From Psammoneis japonica (taxonomy: Eukaryota), in NCBI GenBank assembly GCA_008632985.1, contig QPGO01000058.1, positions 186,001 through 250,000 on the forward strand: a DNA stretch of 64,000 nucleotides, given 5' to 3'. The position numbers and the translations under genes are program-made. How positions within the stretch are numbered: the stretch's first letter is position 1; each line of letters starts with the position of its first letter. Under the pieces are notes generated by a model that saw nothing but the letters and a program-made list of their open reading frames with translations, was not told where the DNA came from and did not search any database. This document shows positions 50,001-61,318 of the stretch, one piece after another.

Positions 50001-51655
50001 AGAGTCAAGCAGCAGAGCATTACATCAATTTCTTGGCCAAGCATTGGCGACTTCAAATGATGAAGAAAAAAAGGGTGCCAAAGAGATTGTGGGACTTTGG
50101 TCTCATTTGTGAGTCAGAGTTGATGTCACACATGGCAAGAGGCAGAGACAAGAGGACTGGGTGCAAAGAGGTCACTGGACAAATGCCAGAAACAGGCAAG
50201 CATTTGGACTTTGGTTTTTGCAACATGGTGTGGTGGTGGGACAGGCCCACCAAGCTGAGTGCAATGGATGACCTGCGATGGCTTGGTCAGTGGTTTGGCA
50301 TCACACACAAGGTTGGTTCAGACATGTGCTGCTGGATCATTGCAGAGAGCAGGAAGATGGTCTCCAAGACATTGGCAGAACATGCAAAGCAGGCCGACAT
50401 GGTGCAGCCCGACATTTGTGTCAAGGTTGACAAGTTCAATGAGCAACTGGATGAGTGACTGGATGATGCCAACTTTGTTCTGGAAGGCAATGAGGCAGTG
50501 CAGCATTTGCATTGGATGATCTTGCTGTGGATGACAACCCCGGTGTGGAACATGAAGGCGGCGTCATGCCAATGGATGAGGAACATGGGGACATGTTGTT
50601 GCCAGACGAACAACTGGATGATGACAATGAACAGGCGATCAACCAGCACCTGTGCATGGAACTCATGTTTGAGATTGGGATCAATGGTGAGCAATGAGGT
50701 GTTGCAACGAAATGGGCAAGAGGACAGGATGGGCATCCGATTGGGACTCGACATCAAAACCCTTTGTTCAACACTCAAGAGTGCAAAACAGAGCACACCA
50801 ATGGGACCACAGATGAACACACAGCCAATGTGATTGCCAAGAACATGTTTGCTCAGGTCAACAGCAAAGGCAACCAGCATTCTACATTGAAAGAGATGCA
50901 GGATCATGAGTTGATGGGTGACACAGTGCCAACAGCAGATGGAACAGTGCAAAGCAATGACGGGAAGGAGTTGAAAAGGATTGCTGCAAAAGGCTGGAAG
51001 CTGTTGGTTGCCTGGAAGGATGACAGCTCGTCATGGGTGAAATTGAAAGATCTGAAAGAGTCCAACCCTGTCAAAGTTGCTGGGCATGCTGTCACGAACA
51101 GGTTGACTGAGGAACCGGCATTTGCTTGGTGGGTCACGCACACATTGCATGAGTGGAGTCGCTTCATCTTGAAGATTGAGAGAAGAAGCATTGGCGCACA
51201 ACTCACAAATTCAGTGTTTGTTTGCCCAAGTCTATGAAGAAAGCCTTGCAGATTGACCAAGAAACGGGGACAGTGTTGAGAAGGTTCAGACCAAGGATGG
51301 ACACACAATTTTGGCAAGTTCACCGACGGCACATGTCAAAATGGCAATCAAGACGGTGGAAGGTCTCTCAGATGAAGACGGCAATGGGGAAGTCCTGAAG
51401 AACAGTGCCAAGGATCCCCTGCCCCCAAAGCACAAACCAGAGTTGGACATGATGGATGAATTGGGCCCTGACCTGGTGGACAGACATCTGCAGCTGGCTG
51501 GGATTTGTCATTGGAGGCGATCGAGTTGGGCCATGTTGATGTCTTGCACATGACATCTCAATCCTCTCCCAGCATCAAGCTAACCCAAGGAAGGGACATC
51601 TCGAGGCTTCACATCATGTGTTTGCGCATGTGAAGAAGCATCAAAATGTTGGGTT
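47100..51655 (+). mobile_element. CoDi-type Ty1/copia LTR retrotransposon remnant (gag-PR-IN-partial RT), 3' truncated
   Basis: Gag GWAWIEPFD..NGRGAFNAWINHCNGQG; protease NECDTHTDACCAG; integrase FTDNVGAPEHLMSDG...VPKRLWDFG; KGWKLLVAWKD.SSSWVKLKDLKESNPV...EPAFAWWV; RT end LSQHQANPRKGHLEA. The central RT is deleted near 51270. Confidence 0.92.
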
Positions 51656-52019
51656 TAGGTTCGAATTGACACTGTCACCACTTTCTCTTTAGGGCATTGT
51701 ACTTCCTCGTTCGGGTGGCGGTCTCCCCCGCACGCGTTGAACGTGGTGTTGACATCCGGGTCTCCAAGCGCAAGCCAACTACAATTACGTACTGTAAAAA
51801 AAGAGTCATACCGGTAGTCATCCTTGAAGAAGGCGACCGCGACATCCATCCCCCACCTACCACAGGCTCACACATACCATACCTACTAGACCTACCGGTA
51901 ACCTTACTTGTACAAGATTTTTTTTTTCTTCCAGAGCAGAAAAGCGATCTTTTGTTGATGCACATCGAAGACTTCATTGCAAAAAAAAAGGACTTCCAAC
52001 ACAATCAATTGCTTTCGAC

Positions 52020-54997
52020 ATGTCTATTCTTGGATCCAAAGGCGTGCTTCGTCTTCAGACAGCTTGCCGCTCTCGTGCCCTGGATGCCATCGCCCTGACT
52101 CTTCGCGAACTTGTTTCCGATGAAGCCGTTGCTCTTACAACACCGCTCATGCTATGGCTCTACAACGTGGAAAAGGGGGCTTTCCTTGTCCTTGCCTTGG
52201 CTTTGCAGGAAATCTTGAATGCATCCATTAAATGGATATGGCAGACACCTCGGCCTTTTTGGACTACAAAAGGGATCTACACTATTGGAAGTGTATGGGA
52301 GCAAGACTATTCCTTCCCCTCGAGTCATGCACAAATCGTGGCTTGTTGGACGACATCTTTGCTTTGTTTTGGATTGCATCGGACTTATCCAGGCATAGTT
52401 GCGGCTGTTCTACTCATCACTCTACTCACGGGACTTTCTCGCGTATATCTTGGCGTTCATACCTTGGGATGCGTCATCATGGGATGGGTGGTCGGATCCA
52501 TATTCACGGCGATGCTTTGGAAAGCGGAACTTGTGGAATGGTTCATGCTGCTAAGTCTACGTGAACAGCTTGCGTGGATTGCCACTGCCTTTTCGATGCC
52601 TTACGTCATTCTGTTTACCATTCGCTACACCGTCCCGTCTCCGCCCAAACACGTAACGGACCGATGGAACGCAATCGCCACAAGCAACCTTCGCCAGCAT
52701 GAAACGTCTTTTCCAGACAATGCCAAAAACAGAAGCGTCCTTCAGCCTCGGAGACTCAGCAAGTACGACCTTCAGATTTGGTCATTGGCTGGAGGCATGC
52801 TCGGAGCGGTTTGTTCCCTTCATGAAAACTTCAAGGGTCAACTCAAGTTTGTAGACGAGACGTGTTCGAGTAGCGACAGCTTGTGGATCCCCATGGCTCG
52901 GTGCGGATGGTGTCTGTTTATCCTGGCCGCGTTCATTATGCCTCTTGGTTTTGTGCTTCCCGTTTATCTTAAGACAAAAGCCCAGAAACAAGGTCTTCTT
53001 CTTCAAGTTTCGCCCCCTTTCGTTCGTTGCTTTGCGTTTGCTCTCGTGGGATTTTGGGCGACACATGGCTGCCCTAAATCCGCGTATAGTCTTTTTCGAC
53101 TCGAGCGCCCCATTCTACAGTCTTGCGAGGGCGTCCATGTCTTACCGCAAACCCAAGAAATTGAGTGCCCGAAAGAAAAGTACTGGGATAAGTACGTCAA
53201 CCAGAAAGGGATTTGGATGCCGGAAAATGTGGAAGAGTTGCAAAACATGGTAAAGGTTGCTCGCGAAAATGATTTAAAAATTCGAGCCCGCGGATCGTTC
53301 CATTCTAGTCCAGGCGTTTCGCACGAGACTGAGTATTACAAAAACATCGCGGAAGGCCGTAAAGATGTCAGTACGAATGTTGTCTTTTTGTCTCTGCGGA
53401 GTAAAAATTTTCAGGGCTACCGAATGGAAGAAGATCCAGAATCTGGTGATAAATTTGTCGTGGCAGGCGCTGGCATTACGATTGGCGAGCATCTTCATTT
53501 GAATGTCACTTGGGAAGAGTCATTGACTCATCGGATGTGGCAGGATGGACTTGCGCTCGTAAATTTGGGCGGCATTACCGGGCTCACTCTCGGCGGTTTT
53601 CTTTCTACTGGAGGCAATGGTGGCAGCTGGAAGCATTCTTTCAGCGACAATGTGATTGGGCTTCGTTTCGTTGACGGAAGGGGGAAAAGTTTGAGGTGTG
53701 GCGCAATTCGACATCAAAGGAAGGCATCCATGAATTTCATTATCTGTGGTCAACATTGGATTGTTGGGTGTGCTCTATGAGGTGGTCCTCAAACCAGTCC
53801 CAGCATACTGCGTCCACATTCCCGATGTTGCGGGGAGCGCATTTAGCGACTGGTTCTCTGATTCGAACTTCACGAAGGCAGTAGATTTCCTCGAGAAGAA
53901 CGATTACGTCAGGTTTGTTGTTGATTATATTCCGAGTTCTCCAGAGGACAAGAGAATCACAGCGGTAGCTTCTCTCGCCACTTCCGTTGACGACATTAGT
54001 TTCTGTCAGCACGACGATAATGTTGCATGGGAAGACTACGAGAGTTGGATTCTTTATTGGAATCTCAAGGTTGGGGGACATTGTTTCCTGGACCAGCTTC
54101 GAGCTGCCTCCGATTCGTTCGACTCCGCTGACGAGCGAAACATTTGTGCCGTCGAGGGATTCCGGGATTGGCATGATTTTATGAGAAACCGTGGACGAGA
54201 AAGCACAATGCACTTTGATCAATGCTTGAAGATTATTCAGGAAGAATGGATATCAGGTGGCATATTCAACATCAATAACAAAGCGGCGTTTGATGCAATC
54301 AAGAGACGGTGCGACGGCCCTTTGATTGGAAAGATACGCAATCGCTATGGCGAAAAGGAACACTATTATCGTTACTATCGAGGAGCCTTGGACGAATACA
54401 CCGTGGTGTCATCCAGAGGTGGCTTCGAGTTTAGTGAAATCGTATTCTCGGCAGATAGATACCCCATGCAAGCAGTGTTTGCGGTTCTGAAAGAGCTTAC
54501 ATACGAAATTGTCGCGGGTGGGCGCTTCTCAGCCCTCCTGCCCGAAATGTAAGTAAACGCGCACCAGATCTGTAATCAGTACATGAATGAAAAATTGAAT
54601 GGCACGCCCTTCTAACTTCCCTGAATCGTTTCTGAGCAGATACACAATGCCCGGAAGTCGCGATTTGATGTCTCCCTGTTACGGAACATTGCCGTGTCTT
54701 CGTATTTCTCTGATCTACTTGCCCATTGGCACCGAGCAAGCCAGATCGGAGTGCTTCACCGCGTTCCTAGATGCTTTTACATCCCGAGGATTGTACCCGA
54801 CTTTTCACTGGGGAAAGTGGATCCCACGGCGTGACCTAGTCGTTGTCCAGAAGATGCGCGAGCAGCTTGGACTCGAAGCGTTTTTGCGTATGCGAAGCAA
54901 GCGCGATCCGGACGATGTCTTCATGACAGAAGATTGGCATCATCTTTTGGTGGCAGATCTTGAAAACCAAGGAGAACAGGCAGCTGCACCGATGTAG
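52020..54997 (+). CDS. PAP2-family membrane phosphatase fused to an FAD-linked ALO/GULO-like oxidase (two frameshifts at ~53685 and ~53745; intron 54549-~54638)
   Basis: PAP2 motifs KWIWQTPRP, PSSH and SRVYLGVH. FAD domain motifs PENVEELQ..V, RARGSFHS, TLGGFLSTGGNG, VNIGLLGVLYEV, FHWGK and DPDDVF. Confidence 0.78.
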
Positions 54998-55955
54998 GCT
55001 CCTTACACTACTAGCTAGAGAGTAGCGTGACCCTTACACTACTAGTAGTAGCGCGTCGACAAAACGATCGAGATGAGGTACTCCTATTACCAAGTTATGA
55101 AGGGAGAAGAGAAAAGATTTCACCGAAGCTCTACATGAAGATCATAGTAAAATAAACAAGTCTAGGAAAGCACCACACTGGCTTTTCTCTAGGAGACTCT
55201 GATCTGGACCTAGCAAGAGGTAGGGCTGTAGTAGCCGGTGCAGCACTGTGGATCCGTTGTTGCTTGTGAAGCCACGGGGCTGGCAATCATGGGAGCTCTT
55301 TCGTGAAACTGTGGATGCCAACAAAACAAAAATTCCATTGAAAAAACGGGGTCCAAAAGTTTGCTGCTGCTGGCAGCATTGCACCACCCGCAAACGGCAT
55401 TGTTGTCATTCTTTCGAACCGACCCACACTTGATGACACTTTTGGACCTGACATCATCATTGTCACCACACCCCCACCACCAAATGGGAGCTTGTGGTGC
55501 CGGGTCAACATGGGACGCAGTGCCGTTGCACCTGGTGCTCTTGCAGTGCCGGTGCTTGGCATGGCAATTGTGCTTTGATTTGCGCACACGCATCCTTTGG
55601 TTGCACCGCCACCCTGGAAAGTTTGTTGTGCTCGTTCAATCACAGGGAATGGAATGTGGTGCATTTTTCCATCTGCCCATCTTTGCATCGATTGTCACAC
55701 CAACCAAAAGATTGTGCCATGGTCAGCTGTCACCATTGCAGTTCTGGCATTGCCCCACACACTCGAGTCCATTCCTTGTCTGGGCATGTTTTTCCTGTCA
55801 CACATGCTCTTTTGTTGTTTTTGGCCACTCACTCCATGGATGGAATGTTGCGCTGCACCACCGTCAGCAGGGACAGCAAGAGCACTCGATGGACTTGCAA
55901 CTGTTTTTGTTCAAAGTGCCACAGAGGCACCACAGACAGTGATGTGTCACTCACT

Positions 55956-56330
55956 TCAAGCATGCATTGGTGGGTGCTTGAAGGCCTTGGACAATTCTTT
56001 TGCACAACAACAACAAGGGCCCACATGACAACCAAGCCATGCAGAGAGGATTGTCCTGTGTTCACCAAATTTGCCCCCAAAAGGTGGCTCAAAAATGGCA
56101 GATGTCTTTCTGCAGCCATTTTTTCCAACCAAGACAATGTTCAGTGCACACCCTTTCTTCATCAACTCACAAAGCTGCTTGCCCATTGGTGTGGTTGGCT
56201 GTTCTGGTGCAAAGCCAATGTGCATGTCCATCCCACCCTGTGTGTGCGAGAGATCAACTTTGCCGAAAACTCCCAGCTTGGATGCTTTGCAAAGAGACAC
56301 AGCCACAGGTGCTTGCATCTCTGCCACCAC
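55956..56330 (-). pseudogene. P-loop NTPase fragment, possibly Crinkler-type
   Basis: NIVLVGKNGCRKTSAIF resembles a decayed Walker A (GxxGxGKT). Confidence 0.3.
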
Positions 56331-57234
56331 CGCTGCATCTCAATGTGTGCTTGCTGCTGCCAGGAGCTCACAATCAGAGCCATCAGCCATGCAGTCCAGG
56401 TGGACACTGGCAGATTGTGCATCCTGCACCTTCTGTCCATTCCAGGGCAGGGCAGCTGATGTCTTGAAGGGATTTGCCTCTTTCTCTTTTTCTGAAAAAA
56501 AAAACCGTTAGAACCCTTGTTGCAACAAGACTGTGGGAACACACATGAAGTTCAAGAGCAGCGCACTTGCCATCTCATTGTTTCTCAAAGATGCACTTGC
56601 ACAGCAAATTGCAAATTGCCGTGGGCATCCCTTGCAATGTGAGAGCCCTGTGGCAATCCTCTTCTTGAGTGGGAAGATTTCCACAGACAAGTCTGCTCAG
56701 ATGCTGCTCTCTCTCTCCAATCCAGACTTTGTGAGACCAGCCGTTGCATCAACACCGCTCCCTTTTGTTTTCCTCTGCATGCAGATGCCACACTGTGTCC
56801 TTGATGAAATCCATCCAGCGCTTGTCCTCCCACTTGTTTCATCCCATTTCATCTTGGACAGCCAGCCACTCATTGCAGTTGTTGTTTGTTTTGGTCACAG
56901 CATGTGACGGCAGCAAGTTGTTTGCAATTGCAATGAGAGGGCCATCACAAGTTGCAACAGAAACGAAATGTTTCACTTTCTGGTCACCATGGAGAGGCTC
57001 GTCTGTGCTTGGAACTTTGCCCACAGTGCACAGCTTGAGCCAATGGATGTCAACATGGAGAGAATTGCTGTGTGCATCCTTGATTGCAGTTTTCACATGA
57101 TGCACAGAAAATCTTTTTTCACTTCTGCACAACAAGGCTGGTCATCCCCAAGCTGACACCAGACTTCCATTTGTTGTCTGCTGAGAGAATCAAATCTCAT
57201 GTTGATGGGGTTGGTCTTTTCTGCTTCATGATTG

Positions 57235-57714
57235 CTGATGCCTCTCTTGTTCAGGATGTGTTGCATTCTGGAGTTTGCTCAATGCAGCGAGGGAGTGCAA
57301 AAGAGCGTTGATCAGTGAATGAACAGCTGCAATGGTCCTCATCACTCAACACCTTTTCCAAATTCAAAACATCTCCATTCACTCTCTTTGTGCAACTTCT
57401 CCCAAGCAGCCCCCTCTCCCACTCCCTCTGACAACCCAACCAATTTTGACACCTCTTCCTGTGCTCACTCACTGATGCCTCTCTTGTTTGGGATGTGTTG
57501 CATTCTGGAGTTTGTTTGGTGTGATGAGGGAGTGCAAAAACACCGTTGATCAGTGAATGAGCAGCTGCAATGGTCCTCATTACTCAACACCTTTTCCAAA
57601 TTCAAAACATCTCTCCATTCACTCTCTTTGCACAGCTTCTCACAAGCAACCCTCTCTCCCACTCCCTCTGACAACCCTGCCAATTTGACACCTCTTCCTG
57701 CGCTCACTCTCTGA
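57235..57714. repeat. Tandem duplication with a ~238-bp unit
   Basis: ctgatgcctctcttgtt...ctcaacaccttttccaaattcaaaacatctc...gctcactc at 57235 and 57472. Confidence 0.9.
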
Positions 57715-59489
57715 CCAGCCTGCACTTGAGTCACCCTCTTGTCCCTCCCAGTTGCATTCCCCACCCCAGAACAAATGGGTGAAGTTTGAAAACTCTGCCC
57801 TCTGCGTGCAAACACACCTGCTGCCCTCCACCATCTGACCCCAGAGTGATGCTCTCTCTCCAACCTTGAGAAAACCTCACTCAAACGCCAACCCGGCAAA
57901 GCTCTGCAACCTTTTGCAGACTCTGCCAATCATTGATGCAAGACACCTCCTGACCTGCAACCTCTGACCAGCCATGCTTGCTCTCTGTCCTCATCACTCA
58001 GTGCCTTTTCCAAAATTCAAAGCAGCTCAATCTGCAGCCAGGGCTTCACATGGTTGCTCATCTGAGACTCCTGAGGTTGTTGCACCTCAACATCATGACA
58101 ACTGGCTCAGCACCTGAGCCACATGCAAGAGGAGTCTAAAAAAAACACAAAAACAAATGGGGACAACAAGAAAGCCACAATGACAGCCACACATGCCTTG
58201 AGTGTCACAAACAACATCCATCTTCATCTTCTTTGTGAGATGTGTTCACCCCAACCACCTGTGTTTTTGTTGTTGCATTTCAACATGGTGAGTTGCACAG
58301 CACGTGAGCTGGGCAAGAGGAGAACAGCAATTCTCAGAAAACACAAAAAACAAAGGGAAAAGAGAGAGCCAAAATGACAGCTGCACACACACCTTGTGCC
58401 AGAACTTGTTGAGCACAAGTGCATCATCAAGAGCAGCATTGCCATCATCAAGTGCATTCTTTGAAAAGACTTTCAAATCCTTTTAAAGCACTCAGCACCT
58501 GGGTGCTTGGGGAGCATTGCAAAGCTGCAAACATGCCAGAAGTTGTTGAGCACTTGCACATTGCACAGCAGCACTGCTGGCATCATTGTGGATTTGCCTT
58601 GCAAAGAACTGAAAAACACAAAACTCAAGGTGCAAACTCAAACAAAATGTGTGTGCACCTGCACCTGAAAGAGCATGCAAAAAGAGAAAACATGCTGGGA
58701 GAAAGCACAGCAATGCCCCACATGGAATGAACACATTTTTGCATGCCTGGCACATCCTTCTGACTTTTTTCATCATGTTTTGCTGTTGTTGTTGGCAAAT
58801 GCACCAAACCTGAAGTGTGGTGTGGCACCTGAGTCATGCAAAAGTGACAAGAAGCATGCTTGGAAAGCACAGAAATGCTGTGCACAGAATGAGCATGCTC
58901 ATGGCATCATGCCAGCTCCACCACATGCAGTCATGCTGTCTTGCTGTCACAGCACTGTCAGAATGACTTGCAACAACCAGCCCTGGAATTTGCTTTCAGC
59001 TCTTTGTTGATGATGGGGCTGTCAGAAACTGGTCTCGGAGTGCTGCTGCTGCTTGCATCTTTTTTTTTTCTGTGCCTGGAAAGGTTGCCACATCAGTGAG
59101 TCACGTGCAACTTCTGAACCTCAGACTTTAATGCCAGGGTGCCATCAGGAAGAGCACTCCTTTTGTCTTTGTTTTTGTCAACTTGGCACCAAACAGCACA
59201 CCAGCTGCTTCCGCACAATGCACAGACATGCAAGTCATTGGATGGGCTGATGGACATCTGAGGGTTGGACAGACAGCTGGCTGCTGGCATTGCAGGGCTG
59301 GAGAGATGCTGGCAGCCCCAGGGCCCTGGGATCTGCTGTGTGGTGTTTGTGCTGATTCCATGGTGGATGCCAGGTTGGTTGTTGGCAAAGAGTGATGAAG
59401 CATTTCTCATCTTTGCTCCCTTGTTGAGCCCCAAGCAGGTTGTGTGAGTCATCTGTCTCATTGTCTTGTTTGCAGATGTGTGCTTGAGT

Positions 59490-59670
59490 TTGTCATGCCA
59501 TCATCAGACTCATTTGTGGCAAGACTCAGAAAAACTTGGTGTGCCCACAACATCAAAGCACTCCAAAAAATGACAGGAACAAACAAAGAGACATGTTTGC
59601 AACAGCGGCAATCATCAAGATCTCTCATGCTGTTGCAGTGCTCTTCCTTGCAGTTGTGTCTGCACCCTCC
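59490..59670 (+). pseudogene. Decayed copy of the promoter and signal-peptide region of the gene at 60509
   Basis: ggcaatcatcaagatctctcatgctgttgcagtgc against ggcaatcatcaagatcacccatgccgttgcagtgc. The ATG is lost. Confidence 0.8.
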
Positions 59671-60508
59671 ATTGCCTCACTTGCAACAATCAACAATTGA
59701 CATTGCTGTGCATTGTGCAGTCACATCGTCCTTTCCCAATCATTTTTTTGATGCAGCTCACACGCACGCCTTGTCATGTGAATTTTAAAGATGCTGCACT
59801 TGTTGCAGCAATGTTCCAAGCTTTGAAAATGGGCACAAGTTGTGCCCCACTTTTGGACAGTGTGATGGGTCTTTGCCAAAATGTTGCCCCTGACCTGCCC
59901 TCTCCTTGTGCCCCCGCCCACCCCCCTTTGAGCTGTGCAACAAAGAAGACGGCTGGCGGTGCAGCATCATGGTGTGTGCAGGGAGCAGAAGGCACTCCAC
60001 TGAAAATTTAAAAAAAAATGTTTGTGTGGACTTTTTCTCAAAGCTTGGTTTGCAAGAAAACCCTTGTCAATTCTGGCTGGGCCAGCCGCTGATGTGAGCC
60101 AGAACTTGGCAAAGCTGGTGGGAAAAGCTGCGCCACTTGATTTGCTGTGTTCAACATTGCTGGGAGGCCTTGTTTTTGATGTTTTGTTGAAGCTGTCAAA
60201 TGAGGAGCACAGTGGCGTTGCCTTTGGAACAAGGTTGACTGGTGGCTGGCTGGGCTGCACTGGTGTGGATCACGAAGATTAGATGAGTTGCAAACCCCAG
60301 AAAACGACCATGATCCGCGCACGCAGCACACCGCAAACTTGAGTCTCACAATGAGTCCCGCAAGATGCGCGTGCTTCAGTCTGATCGTGGTTCAGTCTGG
60401 TCACGCCACTTCGCGGCAAAACTCAGACAAAACTTGCTGTTGTGCTCACAATATATATCGAAACACTCGTAGAAGAAAAGATCAAACCAAAATACATTAT
60501 CTACAACA

Positions 60509-61123
60509 ATGGCAATCATCAAGATCACCCATGCCGTTGCAGTGCTTCTCCTTGCACTTGTGACTGCGCCATCTTTCACCACTGCCAAGCTTGGTGAGCA
60601 AGCCCGAAAGGAAACGGATGAGAAGGCTCTCAAGGACAAGCAACACAAGACCAAGCTCCAGCAACAGCAGGACAACCTCAAGCAGCTGAGTAAATCCCAA
60701 AAACAGAGAACCTACTTCTTCCCCTTCTGTGACTTGCCAGGCTGGTACGATGCAGATGGTCCTTACTACGATTGCGACTGGTATGCACAGGATAATAATT
60801 GCGCAACATACGGTCACGCTTACCCTGGACCCCCGCGTCCTCCTGACTATGAAGGGTTCTGGAATGAGCCTCTACAAACAGCAAACGAGGCGTGCTGCAC
60901 GTGCGGTGGCGGGGTGGTGCCCGTCCCTTGTCCAAACGAAACACATTGCCTTTGCTTTGACATTCCGAGCTTTGAACATGGGTGTACCCCATATCAAACA
61001 GGCGAGAAGTCTTGCGAGGTCGAAGGCAGACAGCCTATTCGGCAGTACTCGGTGGCAACAGCAAGGGACGTATGTTGCACGTGCGGAGGCGGGACACGTC
61101 GTGGCGCCGCACTAATTGAATGA
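60509..61123 (+). CDS. Secreted Cys-rich protein with two C.D...TA..(A/V)CCTCGGG modules
   Basis: Signal peptide, short coiled coil, CDLPGWYDADG..YDCDWYA...TANEACCTCGGG and TARDVCCTCGGG. Normal Tyr content. Confidence 0.8.
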   Translation: MAIIKITHAVAVLLLALVTAPSFTTAKLGEQARKETDEKALKDKQHKTKLQQQQDNLKQLSKSQKQRTYFFPFCDLPGWYDADGPYYDCDWYAQDNNCATYGHAYPGPPRPPDYEGFWNEPLQTANEACCTCGGGVVPVPCPNETHCLCFDIPSFEHGCTPYQTGEKSCEVEGRQPIRQYSVATARDVCCTCGGGTRRGAALIE

Positions 61124-61318
61124 ACCCCCGGTGCCTCTTTCTAAAAAGCATCAAACAGAAGCTCACATTACATTCGTACAGCTGTAGTCTCACGCGTATT
61201 ACCCCTCTCCCATGATTGCCGAACCGGTGGGTGGGCCCTAGCAATCGCTGGGTGGCAGGGATCCGCCCTTCCGTTGAGTGTGCCTAACGTACTAGCCGTG
61301 GTTGCACTTGTATTAGAA

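Larger units (their letters stand above)
24150..51655. other. TpA/CpG-depleted island 3: 27.5-kb cluster of decayed transposons
   Basis: TA is nearly absent throughout. Normal composition returns within ~100 bp at both ends. Confidence 0.92.
55230..60280. other. TpA/CpG-depleted island 4
   Basis: Same TA/CG loss and near Tyr-free ORFs, with sharp edges. Confidence 0.88.

Noticed and set aside
24150..51655. Alternative genetic code or foreign/viral insert explaining the Tyr-free ORFs
   Set aside because: The depletion is frame- and strand-independent, affects non-coding duplicates and spans unrelated TE classes.
24150..51655. Classical fungal RIP
   Set aside because: RIP converts CpA to TpA and enriches TA. 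Here TA is lost and CA/TG gained.
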